Source of the DNA: a virus
Lineage: Duplodnaviria > Heunggongvirae > Uroviricota > Caudoviricetes
Virus record (IMG/VR): IMGVR_UViG_3300049830_000314
Length of the DNA stretch: 31,280 bases
Direction: 5' to 3' (one strand)
This document shows positions 5,663-14,589 of the stretch, one piece after another. The notes below the pieces were generated by a model. The model was not told the origin of the DNA. It did no database searches and was given only the letters and a program-made list of their open reading frames with translations. Within the stretch, counting starts at the first letter, position 1. Each line of letters begins with the position of its first letter. A program made the position numbers and the translations under genes.

Positions 5663-6294
5663 AACACCTGATTGCACAAATATTAGATATGGCAGATATG
5701 CTCGATGAAAGGGATATGCCACAAGAAGCAAATACATTAATGGATGCAGCACAAGGTTTACATGAACACTCACCATGTAAACACCTACATGTAAAACATA
5801 TGGGAAGCGATGATTCAGATGGAGAACCATATAGAAATTGTCACGGAGTATGTGAAGACTGCGGAAAAGAAATGGAAGGATATGAAGAAATTGATGGCGG
5901 AGATGAATTCGGTAACCCAGAATATGGAGTGAAGGAATGGAAAGAAGCACATCCAATTCATCAAATGATGAGCACGGCAAATAAACTCGATGAAAAAGGA
6001 TTATTTCAAACTGCTAACGTATTGACAAAAATCGCACAGGAAATCAATTCCACATTCGACCCAATGACTCCAGGGTCAGCTAATCAATTTGACCCGAATC
6101 TTCACCAACTTAGTAAAGATATTGGACAATTGTTTACAGCACCGAAAAGAGATACAACACTGGACTTACAAACTTTTCTACATACAGTAGCAAGTATTAA
6201 CCTGAAGAACGCTACAACTGAAGGAGTTATTCTCGGGCACGGATTAGCAGCACATATAGTGGAAGAAGCTAATAAACTCTTAAAAGAAATGTAA
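5659..6294 (+). CDS. Hypothetical protein with two copies of the module flanking a small Cys/His (Zn-ribbon-like) domain
   Basis: QILDMADMLDERDMPQEANTLMDAAQ; CKH...CEDCG; QMMSTANKLDEKGLFQTANVLTKIAQ. Confidence 0.82.
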   Translation: MKHLIAQILDMADMLDERDMPQEANTLMDAAQGLHEHSPCKHLHVKHMGSDDSDGEPYRNCHGVCEDCGKEMEGYEEIDGGDEFGNPEYGVKEWKEAHPIHQMMSTANKLDEKGLFQTANVLTKIAQEINSTFDPMTPGSANQFDPNLHQLSKDIGQLFTAPKRDTTLDLQTFLHTVASINLKNATTEGVILGHGLAAHIVEEANKLLKEM

Positions 6295-6307
6295 GATAGA
6301 AGAAGAC

Positions 6308-6343
6308 AAAAAAAATGCCTACTCATTTCTGAGTAGGCATTTT
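6308..6343. terminator. Bidirectional intrinsic terminator
   Basis: AAAATGCCTACTCA-TTTC-TGAGTAGGCATTTT between convergent units. Confidence 0.85.
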
Positions 6344-6351
6344 CAATTTAA

Positions 6352-6515
6352 TGGCTATGGTTTTCGTTTTGTTACTGCCGTCCCATGTTTAAGGTGCTTC
6401 GCCAGCATCTGCACTGACATTGGGGAACGATACCCCAGCGGTTACTTTGTTACTCTGAGCATAAAGCTCGTGTTTCAGGTTTCTATTGATACCGCAACCA
6501 AAGTTTCCCATAGCC
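6352..6515 (-). ncRNA. Candidate ~165-nt structured ncRNA (or 40-aa peptide mRNA)
   Basis: Perfect promoter upstream and terminator downstream. The 5' GGCTATGG pairs with the 3' CCATAGCC, and there are internal hairpins. Confidence 0.5.
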
Positions 6516-6521
6516 GTCTTC

Positions 6522-6550
6522 ATTATATCCACTTACAATGGACATGTCAA
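6522..6550 (-). promoter_or_regulatory. Consensus sigma-70 promoter
   Basis: TTGACA (6545-6550), 17-nt spacer, TATAAT (6522-6527). Confidence 0.85.
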
Positions 6551-6554
6551 CTAC

Positions 6555-6743
6555 TTATTGAGATTCTTCTTTTGAGGATTCTTGAGCACCAATCTTACGG
6601 ACACGTTGGGATATTTGTCCACCTGTACGAATCATTTCTGTTAGATTACGTAAATCAGACGCTTCTTTAAGATAATCAAAGGTTTCAAGACTAGCAGCAA
6701 GACTATTAAGCTCGTGCAATATTTCGTGTATTTCTCTTGACAT
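6555..6743 (-). CDS. Small protein with a divergent copy of the helical module
   Basis: HELNSLAASLETFDYLKEASDLRNLTE. Confidence 0.6.
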   Translation of the reverse strand: MSREIHEILHELNSLAASLETFDYLKEASDLRNLTEMIRTGGQISQRVRKIGAQESSKEESQ

Positions 6744-6912
6744 GAGAGGGCTCCATTATCTCTTCTACAGTTTTCTGCATAGAAGAAATGCTTTCGCGAA
6801 TAGTAAATAAAACAGTATCGGCACTTTGTGCATGTTGCAATTGCGCCGCTTTCATATCGTTACGCTTTTGTTCAAGCTCATCTAGTTTTCTTTGAATCTC
6901 TTCACTGGTCAT
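6706..6912 (-). CDS. Small coiled-coil hypothetical protein
   Basis: ORF track 6706..6969; ATG6912 (MTSEEIQ) is the more likely start. Confidence 0.6.
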   Translation of the reverse strand: MTSEEIQRKLDELEQKRNDMKAAQLQHAQSADTVLFTIRESISSMQKTVEEIMEPSHVKRNTRNIARA

Positions 6913-7340
6913 GACGAAGCACCTATTAACTTCTTTACAAACAATAGCGGCGCACCCTACACTTTTCAAATAAATTTACTGTTTTTCTAACTTTACACAA
7001 AATTTTAGAAAGTTGACCCTAAATGAACACTACGCGCCGATTCATAGCAAATTACAATGGTAGAGCGCAATTTGCTTCAAATATACGAGTATAGGTGGAA
7101 AATTTCAGATTAATTGTTGACGGTGAGCGTGTTAAACGAAAGCTAGCCGAATTACCCATAAACAAAACAGCTCTGTCATCATGATTACAAACACTCTAAA
7201 CACCATAAATTCGCTCCCAAAAACATATTTCGCTATTATCGCAGGATACAACTCGAATTTTCAAAAATATTCCCTCTAAGAGCATATTTAATTGATTTCT
7301 AATCACTAGCTAGTGATTAATTTATAGAATGGGCAACATT

Positions 7341-7377
7341 CCCACTTATTCCCACTAATCATCCACTCCACTCCACT
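7341..7377 (-). repeat. GTGG(G/A) boxes with ~10-bp periodicity
   Basis: CCAC on the + strand at 7342, 7352, 7363 and 7373 (plus 7368). Confidence 0.55.
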
Positions 7378-7865
7378 TTTAATCAATTTTAGCTATTGAA
7401 AAAAACTTGAAAAAACTTTCAAATTGGTAGGGCTGGAGAGTCTAAATTGCGAAATATACCATAGAACATTAAGGCTCTTCGGTGAGGTACTTCGTCCGCT
7501 CTTTTTCCTCCTAGAAAAGTTCTGCAAGTAAGTATTATTGCCAAGAGTCTACAGATGTTTTGGATATCCTCTATTGAGCCTGATTATTCCATAGACGCCA
7601 CATCTATCTTATCTTCCAGTATCAATCGTTGTTATTCTTTCAGACTTTCTCGCTACAAGTAAGACGTTCAGCACATGGACAGAAAATGTCAGCCTCTTAG
7701 AATCCACCATTCTTCACACTTATCAAAGTTTCTGAGTAGACATGAGTTATTGAAGACGGTAAATAAGGTGATAAATGGCATAGAACTATTAACGTGTTAG
7801 TAGTTTTTCATACTTGAAGTCGAGTAAGCCGTTTTGCTACAAAAGATACGTTTGATTGTTTCGTA

Positions 7866-8321
7866 TCATGGGGTGCCGTCAGAAATTGGTGGCACTCCTT
7901 CTTTTTGCATTTGAAAGTGAATGGGGTAGGATATGTCATCTTTTTCGATGCAGATGTCACCATCTTTCTTTTTGAAGAACAGTTTGACACGATTGGTGTA
8001 TGGTGTCATATATGTCACTATATCTTCATTGTCATCGTGTACATTGGAAGTAACTTTACTATCTTCTGTTTCTATGGTGATGAGATAAAATTGGTTGATT
8101 TTCTTCAAGCCGCAGTTAAACTTATAATCGGTGGCAGTACGTTTCTCATAATGTCCCTTGCCGATATGTGATTGTGTGATGAACGTTGTATTATGTTCCT
8201 TGGCGTACACTTTCAGTTCATCAATCCATTGGAAGAACTCTTTCCAGCTAAGGGGATTGTTGGGCATTGGTGGCTGCGCCGGGGCTTTCCCCACCAAGTC
8301 TGATATATTCTCCTTGCTCAT
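7866..8321 (-). CDS. Hypothetical protein
   Basis: ~151-aa ORF overlapping the upstream gene end. The start is supported by TTCCTCAA at 8351-8358 and TATCAT. Confidence 0.7.
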   Translation of the reverse strand: MSKENISDLVGKAPAQPPMPNNPLSWKEFFQWIDELKVYAKEHNTTFITQSHIGKGHYEKRTATDYKFNCGLKKINQFYLITIETEDSKVTSNVHDDNEDIVTYMTPYTNRVKLFFKKKDGDICIEKDDISYPIHFQMQKEGVPPISDGTP

Positions 8322-9333
8322 CACCTATGATAATCTCTTCTTCCGTTATTTTGAGGAAAACTCTTCCGCTCGGCACATGTATAATTTTAAGGTCTCCTTT
8401 AGTTCCTGTTGTGATATTCCATATAGTGTTAGCGTTAGGTTTTATGATTAAATTTTGATTACGTTCTTTTTGATAGAGTGTGTTCTTTGGAACAACACTT
8501 GATTGTGTGACAGGAACGCCATCGACACCAAAGAGTACATTATCAATAAGTTCGTCTGCATCTTCTGGGTGATAGTAGAGAGCTGAATCTCTTGATTTAA
8601 TTTGTTTAGGATTTGCTTGTGCTGTAGACGCCTTTGAAGCCTTCTTCCTTTTCACTGTTTGTGTAATTGCTGCTGCTCGTTGTTGTATTGTTGGATAGTG
8701 ACCAGGCTCTTCCATATCTACATCAGATATTTCTATTTCGTCTACATCAGTATCTGGCAAAAGATAATGATTAGCTGCATCTTGTATAGCTCTAAGATTA
8801 GCCGCATCGTTAAGAGCTTTAAGCTTCTGAGCTAATAATTCTGCTTCTTTTATTTTTTGTTCTTCTTCTAGTTTGATTTTAGCTTGTTTAGCGGCTTCTT
8901 GTTGTTCTCTCAGTGTTTCATCTTTCCATGCTTGCAATTTTCTTTGTAGCGCTGCATGTTCTGCTTCGAGTGCTTGTCTTTCTTGGTGTTTATGTTCCAT
9001 TTCCAGACGTATTTGTTCTTGTTGTGCATAAAGTCTTGCAGACTCTTCATGTTTCTCTTGAATAGCCTTCACGTTATCTGAGTGTCGTTTAGCTAAGTCT
9101 TTATAAATTTCATTAGTCATATTGGTGTTAGTATAATCCTCTAAGTCTACCGTGTATGAATATAGTCCAAGGCTTTTAAGATATTTTTCATATTCTTTTT
9201 CTTCATCTGTTAATTGGTATTGTTCCAAAAGCATTTGTGCATCCATGAAGTCTATGGCATCTTGTTCAGTTATGGCTCCACTCTTTTTGAGTGCCATAAT
9301 TTCTTCATAGCTAATAAACTCCCATGCATTCAT
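8248..9333 (-). CDS. Coiled-coil protein with C-terminal beta module
   Basis: Long E/Q/K/A-rich helix; C-terminal WNIT...LKIIHVPSGRVFLKITEEEIIIG. Confidence 0.8.
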   Translation of the reverse strand: MNAWEFISYEEIMALKKSGAITEQDAIDFMDAQMLLEQYQLTDEEKEYEKYLKSLGLYSYTVDLEDYTNTNMTNEIYKDLAKRHSDNVKAIQEKHEESARLYAQQEQIRLEMEHKHQERQALEAEHAALQRKLQAWKDETLREQQEAAKQAKIKLEEEQKIKEAELLAQKLKALNDAANLRAIQDAANHYLLPDTDVDEIEISDVDMEEPGHYPTIQQRAAAITQTVKRKKASKASTAQANPKQIKSRDSALYYHPEDADELIDNVLFGVDGVPVTQSSVVPKNTLYQKERNQNLIIKPNANTIWNITTGTKGDLKIIHVPSGRVFLKITEEEIIIGDEQGEYIRLGGESPGAATNAQQSP

Positions 9334-9338
9334 AATAT

Positions 9339-9644
9339 TTACAGTTCAAATTCGAGATGGTCTTTATTTGGATTTCCTATAATGATTTTATCTTCCGTGA
9401 TTATGATAGCCGTTTTTCCGGTTCTAACAGATGTGATAACAAGTTGATTTTCTGCATGTGTTGACGACGCATTGATTTTCCAATTTCCCAGTTCCAATGT
9501 TTCTCCGTTTTGGTCTAGCACTATTCTTGCTTGTGGCAATTGTGGTGGATGTGTATGTGCGGAGCTATTTTTAATTCCTTGTATTGCTTTTTCAAGAGCA
9601 TCAAGTGTTACATACCCTGGTGATGGTGGATAATTTGTTGCCAT
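9339..9644 (-). CDS. Hypothetical protein, paralogous beta module
   Basis: WKIN...LVITSVRTGKTAIIITEDKIIIG; SD AAGGA. Confidence 0.75.
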   Translation of the reverse strand: MATNYPPSPGYVTLDALEKAIQGIKNSSAHTHPPQLPQARIVLDQNGETLELGNWKINASSTHAENQLVITSVRTGKTAIIITEDKIIIGNPNKDHLEFEL

Positions 9645-9662
9645 GATTAATTCCTTGGTATT

Positions 9663-9929
9663 TTACAGTTTGAATTTAACATGTTCACCAGTTGTTGTTC
9701 CATTGGAACTAATGACACCAATAACAACTTCTCTTTGGTTAGCGAGAAAGACGGGTTGTTTAGTTTTCCTATTAACGATAGAAAATTCATCATCAGACAT
9801 AATGAGTTCAAATCCTTTAGTTCTGATAACGATTCTTTCACCGTTAGGAATTTTCAGGATTGGTTCTTCTACTATATTTCCATACTGTCCATTGTCGATA
9901 ACATTTGCGATGACTGGTCTTTGTGCCAT
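9663..9929 (-). CDS. Hypothetical protein, paralogous beta module
   Basis: FSIVNRKTKQPVFLANQREVVIG; TATACT 7 nt before the ATG. Confidence 0.72.
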   Translation of the reverse strand: MAQRPVIANVIDNGQYGNIVEEPILKIPNGERIVIRTKGFELIMSDDEFSIVNRKTKQPVFLANQREVVIGVISSNGTTTGEHVKFKL

Positions 9930-9957
9930 ATGTGTGAGTATACCCTATTTTGGCTGT

Positions 9958-9998
9958 ACCTGATTTTTATGGCACCTGATTTTTATGGCACCTGATTT
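9958..9998. repeat. 16-bp tandem repeat ACCTGATTTTTATGGC x~2.6
   Basis: ACCTGATTT at 9958, 9974 and 9990. Confidence 0.85.
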
Positions 9999-10001
9999 GG
10001 A

Positions 10002-10565
10002 TTATATTCCTGTATCGAAGTTATCTCCATCATTCCCAAAAACGATTTGTGTTGCTATATATGCTTTGAGATAATCTTCAAGTTCTATATAGAGAGTTGA
10101 TGCTTGGTGTGCTTTCCACTGTTCATGTTCTGCGAGTGTATTGAGCAATCTATTTTTCGCATATGACGTTGTATGTTCTCCGAACATTTGTTGATATGCT
10201 GGATTTTGTTTACTGACATATTTAGTCAGTTCATTCATAAATCCGTTTCTCTCTCTTAATTGCACATCATGTTCCATCATGAGAATATACAGTTCTGGGG
10301 GTTGTGGTGGTGCGTATGAGCCTTGTGGTGTTGGTGTGGGTATAGACAGTGTAGTTGGGATAATAAACTTCTTCTTCTCTTCTTGTGTTAAGTTTGTTTC
10401 TTCTTCTTCTGTAAGATTATATTCATTTGGAATTTGATGTCTTAGATATTCTTCTGAGACATCTTTTGCTTTATTGAACATCCTAAGATATTTCCACACT
10501 TTCTTATAGTTATAATTTGGTGTTGCAGTTGCCGTTAGTGGTATTTCTATATCTTGTTCTTCCAT
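10002..10565 (-). CDS. Hypothetical protein
   Basis: 187-aa ORF with SD AAGGA. Confidence 0.75.
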   Translation of the reverse strand: MEEQDIEIPLTATATPNYNYKKVWKYLRMFNKAKDVSEEYLRHQIPNEYNLTEEEETNLTQEEKKKFIIPTTLSIPTPTPQGSYAPPQPPELYILMMEHDVQLRERNGFMNELTKYVSKQNPAYQQMFGEHTTSYAKNRLLNTLAEHEQWKAHQASTLYIELEDYLKAYIATQIVFGNDGDNFDTGI

Positions 10566-10585
10566 TGTATGTTCCTTTGTCTTCA

Positions 10586-10616
10586 GCCCAGGGTGAAGGT
10601 TTTTTTCACCCTGGGC
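10586..10616. terminator. Perfect 12-bp hairpin; T-rich tail only on the + strand
   Basis: GCCCAGGGTGAA-N7-TTCACCCTGGGC then GTTTCTCTTTGTT. Confidence 0.55.
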
Positions 10617-10638
10617 GTTTCTCTTTGTTTCTTTTATT

Positions 10639-11028
10639 CTACAAGGAAGGTCTGACAGTTACGTTATCCCAGAGATTTTTATATCCGACGAGTTGGTCAT
10701 TTTTGAAGTCGAGTTCTCTTGCGCCATCTCCTTGCACATAGAATTCGTCTGTTGGTGCCATCCAATGATATTCTGTGATATCTCCCCTGACGATTACTGC
10801 ACTTGGTTGATTTGTAATTTGTTTAAAGACGAAGTTTTTATTTTCTCCGAGCCACAATTCTATTGTTGGATTAGCGGCAGGCGATGAGTTATTCATTGGT
10901 GCGCTGTCAGGGCGCATACAAGAGATGATTGTGAGAGTCGGGATAGTGTAGGCAGCGATTACAACAATAGCTGGAAATCCCAGTGAGACAATTGTCGTTA
11001 AGCTTGATTTAAGATTTTTCATATTCAT
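10639..11028 (-). CDS. Hypothetical membrane-anchored protein
   Basis: N-terminal hydrophobic segment ending in IISC. Confidence 0.72.
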   Translation of the reverse strand: MNMKNLKSSLTTIVSLGFPAIVVIAAYTIPTLTIISCMRPDSAPMNNSSPAANPTIELWLGENKNFVFKQITNQPSAVIVRGDITEYHWMAPTDEFYVQGDGARELDFKNDQLVGYKNLWDNVTVRPSL

Positions 11029-11423
11029 TATTCATATTCTACCACAGAGAATGGTGTTTGTTCGTAATCGAGTTCTGGAAAGATTTGTTCTGCTATATGT
11101 GTTTTCGGTTGATGTGGGTTAAAGAGTAATTTGCCATCATAGGTGAAGCGTTCAAGTGCTTCATGATTTTCCCACCAGAGAATGAGATTCATAGCAATCT
11201 TAATTACTTGTGCGCTTGTAACTGGCAATTTGAAAGGTCTGGTGTATGCAACTGTCAGCGGAATGAGATTGCCTGTATAGTTACAAGTCTCTTGTGTTTT
11301 GAATTTAAGACTCCATCTCTTTGCATCATCATTACAGACAAGAATAAACTCACATTGTTTGTAAGTTATCTTATCGAGTACGCTTTGTACATCTGCGCCG
11401 AAGTTACAAACAAAGTCATTCAT
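11028..11423 (-). CDS. Phage hypothetical protein
   Basis: 131 aa with HEALERFTYDGKLLFNPH; translationally coupled to the next gene. Confidence 0.75.
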   Translation of the reverse strand: MNDFVCNFGADVQSVLDKITYKQCEFILVCNDDAKRWSLKFKTQETCNYTGNLIPLTVAYTRPFKLPVTSAQVIKIAMNLILWWENHEALERFTYDGKLLFNPHQPKTHIAEQIFPELDYEQTPFSVVEYE

Positions 11424-11435
11424 CAGTGTTTGTTC

Positions 11436-12221
11436 TTATATCTTTTTGCAAATTGCTTGATGTGCTTGAAAACATTCTTTATTAATATGTCTCCAACACT
11501 GGTGACAGAGTGTGCAACAATCTCTACAGCCGCTCCACACGCTATTATGCATTCCTTCGGCGTGACAGTTACATTGACAATCATCGTCTTGTAATATGTT
11601 ATTCTCGCGGTGTTTCTTAACGAGCGCTTGATAATGAGCTTCGTTAGTATCTCTTTGTTCTTGTGTGGCGCTTGCGCATATTCTTTGGTGTTCCGTGAGT
11701 TGTGCAAAGCTCTTTCCACAATGCGCACATTTTATGCAGCATCTTGGCCCACAATGAAATATAGTTTCCGGTGGCATATGACAAAGACATTCGCATTCAT
11801 ATTGAATGAACTTCTTTGCCTTTTTATATTCTTTCGCTTTAAAATAGTACAACGGAACTATTTGCGAGCTATCATATATTCCAACAAAACGGTGGTCTCC
11901 GAGTGTATGTTGATACAGTGTTAATTCATCTTTGCTAGTGTTGGCGTCAATATTAATTTGTTTATATCCAAGATGAGTAGGCGGAGTTTCAAAGATAGCG
12001 ACTAACGCCCATCCTTTGCCGCCATACATTTGTTCTGTATGTGTATATGGTTCTGGAAGGCCTTCTCCATCCCAATTAAGATATTTGATTACATCTGCTA
12101 AATCAGATTCAATATCTTCTCGGAAGCGAACAATGATGGTGGACATTGAATCATATCCATGTGCCTTTGGATGCTGATATCGAGAGAAGACGGCATAATG
12201 CATTTCGTCAGTATACCTCAA
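11436..12221 (-). CDS. Hypothetical protein with C-terminal Cys/His-rich domain
   Basis: CECLCH...HCGPRCCIKCAHC...H...C. Confidence 0.75.
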   Translation of the reverse strand: MRYTDEMHYAVFSRYQHPKAHGYDSMSTIIVRFREDIESDLADVIKYLNWDGEGLPEPYTHTEQMYGGKGWALVAIFETPPTHLGYKQINIDANTSKDELTLYQHTLGDHRFVGIYDSSQIVPLYYFKAKEYKKAKKFIQYECECLCHMPPETIFHCGPRCCIKCAHCGKSFAQLTEHQRICASATQEQRDTNEAHYQALVKKHRENNILQDDDCQCNCHAEGMHNSVWSGCRDCCTLCHQCWRHINKECFQAHQAICKKI

Positions 12222-12526
12222 TCTGGAAACATGGCACTTTTCGCTCGTGGCTGATTATATGGAAAAACATCCGAACTATCATAATACATTCTTTTTGCCT
12301 GTCTCACAATTTTATCTGCGTCTCTATGTTGGTCGAAGTTTTCCGCTTCTTCATCTGACGCGGCTACGATATCAAACGTCCATTCGATAGTGTCATAGAT
12401 TTTGACGGTATGAGTTGGTGTGGCGTCGGACACAATATCTTCACTATCCATATGCGATTCGCGCATAGATTTAAGCAAGCTTTCGTAGAGAGCTTTATAG
12501 CTTGGTGTGTTGCGCCGTTTTCTCAT
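12218..12526 (-). CDS. Hypothetical protein
   Basis: 102-aa ORF with a 4-nt overlap with the next gene. Confidence 0.7.
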   Translation of the reverse strand: MRKRRNTPSYKALYESLLKSMRESHMDSEDIVSDATPTHTVKIYDTIEWTFDIVAASDEEAENFDQHRDADKIVRQAKRMYYDSSDVFPYNQPRAKSAMFPD

Positions 12527-12547
12527 ATCAATAACAAAGTTACTCTC

Positions 12548-12838
12548 CTATTCATCGTCATCGTCGTCATCGTCGTCAATAGGTATGATGAAATCTGGCG
12601 CTCGGGCTACTTCTTTGCCGCTTGAATCAACATCAATGTGCGAATGTGGCATGAAGCCCATTTCCTGTCCCGCTGGTGTGCAGTGAGGGTCGAGGAAGCC
12701 GCCTTTGATTGCAGCTTCATAAACAGCATCAAGCCATTCAGGATTAACGAGTGTAGCAATAATGTCTTCATTGATTCCAGTGTGTACGTATAGCACTGGA
12801 TTTGGTTTTTTAGAGAGTTCTTTAAGATTGATGTTCAT
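12548..12838 (-). CDS. Hypothetical protein with acidic tail
   Basis: 96 aa ending in poly-Asp. Confidence 0.7.
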   Translation of the reverse strand: MNINLKELSKKPNPVLYVHTGINEDIIATLVNPEWLDAVYEAAIKGGFLDPHCTPAGQEMGFMPHSHIDVDSSGKEVARAPDFIIPIDDDDDDDDE

Positions 12839-13035
12839 TGAATCACTTCCGAGATATCTTTGACATGAACATTATAGCTCACTGAATAAGCATCATATTT
12901 TTTGTCATAGTGTGCGCTGATTTTCTTTGTCGCAGCTTCTTCATCATCAGCTTCAACCAGGTGAAGCTTCGTCCATGAACTCTTTTTGTCCATGTAGATG
13001 TTTTGTTCGATTTCACATTCAGCTATAAACAGCAT
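12835..13035 (-). CDS. Small hypothetical protein
   Basis: ATG13035 with SD AAGGA; LVEADDEEAA motif. Confidence 0.68.
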   Translation of the reverse strand: MLFIAECEIEQNIYMDKKSSWTKLHLVEADDEEAATKKISAHYDKKYDAYSVSYNVHVKDISEVIQ

Positions 13036-13046
13036 TTTCTTTTCCT

Positions 13047-14219
13047 TTATGTACAAGACGCATCTATTTTACCATAATATGTCATCTGCGCTTCTTCGCT
13101 TGGCCATCTTGGGGTGTAGATTTGATAATTCATATCGGCGTATGGACTACTAAATCCAAAGAATGGCGTCATGCGACATGGGTATGGATATGAGTTAATG
13201 TCCATATATCGCCTTGGCTCTTGTTGGCTTGTCGGTTCTCCACCGAAGGTTGCAGCCCCATAGTTCGAATGAAACGGATGGTTAACGTCATCAAGCCTAT
13301 CATCTAATAATACGTCGCGCAATTCCCATAATGCCGACCTTTGCACCTCTGATACTCTTGTGTCATCGTATTCCAGGTCAAGGTCAAAACCGAAAGTTGG
13401 ACTCTTCAATTTATAATGCGAAGTTGGTTTAAATCGGTCGCCGTGATATCCTTCTTCACCCTTATAGATTCCAAGATTTTTCAAAGCTTGGATATATTCT
13501 TCCTCTGAAATTCCATGGTCATGGTCATCAAGTTTAATAACACACGCATCGAGTCTATTATCGAATCCTGGACAATAAGTGGAGAAAATCGCAAAGTGTC
13601 CATTGAGGGAACTTGAAATATGCTTATGATATGCGAAGGTGGACGGTTCATGAAAAACATGACTAAGCAGATAAATATTGGTGCCTAAATCTACAGTTGC
13701 CATGCAGCTTAGATATTCGCCGTCTGGACTCTTCGGCCAAATACCCTTCACCATTTCTTCAACTGAAATCTTTTTCTTTCCTTTCTTATCTCGGTAGTTC
13801 ATCCGCCAATGTCGTCTGAGGTCAGGGATTCCACCAAGTTTATTTGTGACATTCAATCCATTTCCTCTGCTTGGCTTATCGGCAATGTCGTATTCTAGTT
13901 TTGGTATAATTGGCGCATGTGTATAGATTTGCTCAAGTATCTTATTAGGGTCAGATTCTTTGATAAATGCTTGAACTTTTGCCAATTTATCCAGGAAACC
14001 TTGTTGTGTGTTTTTGAGAAATTCCTGAACTCCCTCTCTTCGCTTCATCCATGCCTTTCCATCAATATCTTCCAATCTGGTATCGGGATTAAATTTATGC
14101 TCTGGATAGAGCATATCTTCTAGTGCAAATTCAATGCGCGAGTCATGCTTTTCGTTGTCAAACGAAAAGTTGGGAGCCATTGCATTTGGATTGAAAGACG
14201 AAGGGGCAATTTTGTCCAT
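13047..14219 (-). CDS. DUF1963/YwqG-like protein
   Basis: NKLGGIPDL...WPKSPDGEYLSCMATVDL and a second FGGEPTSQQ motif. Confidence 0.6.
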   Translation of the reverse strand: MDKIAPSSFNPNAMAPNFSFDNEKHDSRIEFALEDMLYPEHKFNPDTRLEDIDGKAWMKRREGVQEFLKNTQQGFLDKLAKVQAFIKESDPNKILEQIYTHAPIIPKLEYDIADKPSRGNGLNVTNKLGGIPDLRRHWRMNYRDKKGKKKISVEEMVKGIWPKSPDGEYLSCMATVDLGTNIYLLSHVFHEPSTFAYHKHISSSLNGHFAIFSTYCPGFDNRLDACVIKLDDHDHGISEEEYIQALKNLGIYKGEEGYHGDRFKPTSHYKLKSPTFGFDLDLEYDDTRVSEVQRSALWELRDVLLDDRLDDVNHPFHSNYGAATFGGEPTSQQEPRRYMDINSYPYPCRMTPFFGFSSPYADMNYQIYTPRWPSEEAQMTYYGKIDASCT

Positions 14220-14253
14220 ACGTGTTTATGCTTCCTCGCTATTGTTTTGAGGA

Positions 14254-14583
14254 TTATTCATACGGAAAAACTCTGGTTTTATCCGTAACAGGTGGTATTG
14301 TTATTAATGGACTTGATGCTGGTATTTCTATGACAGTGGCGGGGAAAGCCAAATCAAAAAATCTATCGACAACTGCTTCAATCGCAATATCTTGATATGG
14401 CTCATTTCCAGGAACAAAAGCAAAGCTTTCTGTAAGGTTGCGTCCATGTTCTATGATATATGCTGGTAAATCTTTTTTAGGAGTATAGACAAATCCATAA
14501 AAAGAATCAGTGCGACAGACTATCCCAATCCCCGCTTTAAGTAATTGGCGCATAGCCGCTTTGTTTTCTGGCGTATTGCTCAT
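14254..14583 (-). CDS. Hypothetical protein
   Basis: 109-aa ORF in a co-oriented run. Confidence 0.7.
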   Translation of the reverse strand: MSNTPENKAAMRQLLKAGIGIVCRTDSFYGFVYTPKKDLPAYIIEHGRNLTESFAFVPGNEPYQDIAIEAVVDRFFDLAFPATVIEIPASSPLITIPPVTDKTRVFPYE

Positions 14584-14589
14584 GATATA

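Noticed and set aside
6352-6515. RNase P RNA or 6S RNA identity for the candidate ncRNA
   Set aside because: The P4 pseudoknot pairing of RNase P is absent, and the fold looks multi-hairpin rather than the long rod of 6S
7040-7070. tRNA D-loop-like TGGTAGAGC
   Set aside because: No acceptor stem, T-arm or CCA could be built around it
11423-11728. Alternative 101-aa ORF overlapping the Cys-rich gene, with a CxCxCH-like echo in the third frame after 11580
   Set aside because: It is nested in another frame of a longer ORF with no independent start signal; no slippery site was identified to support a frameshift
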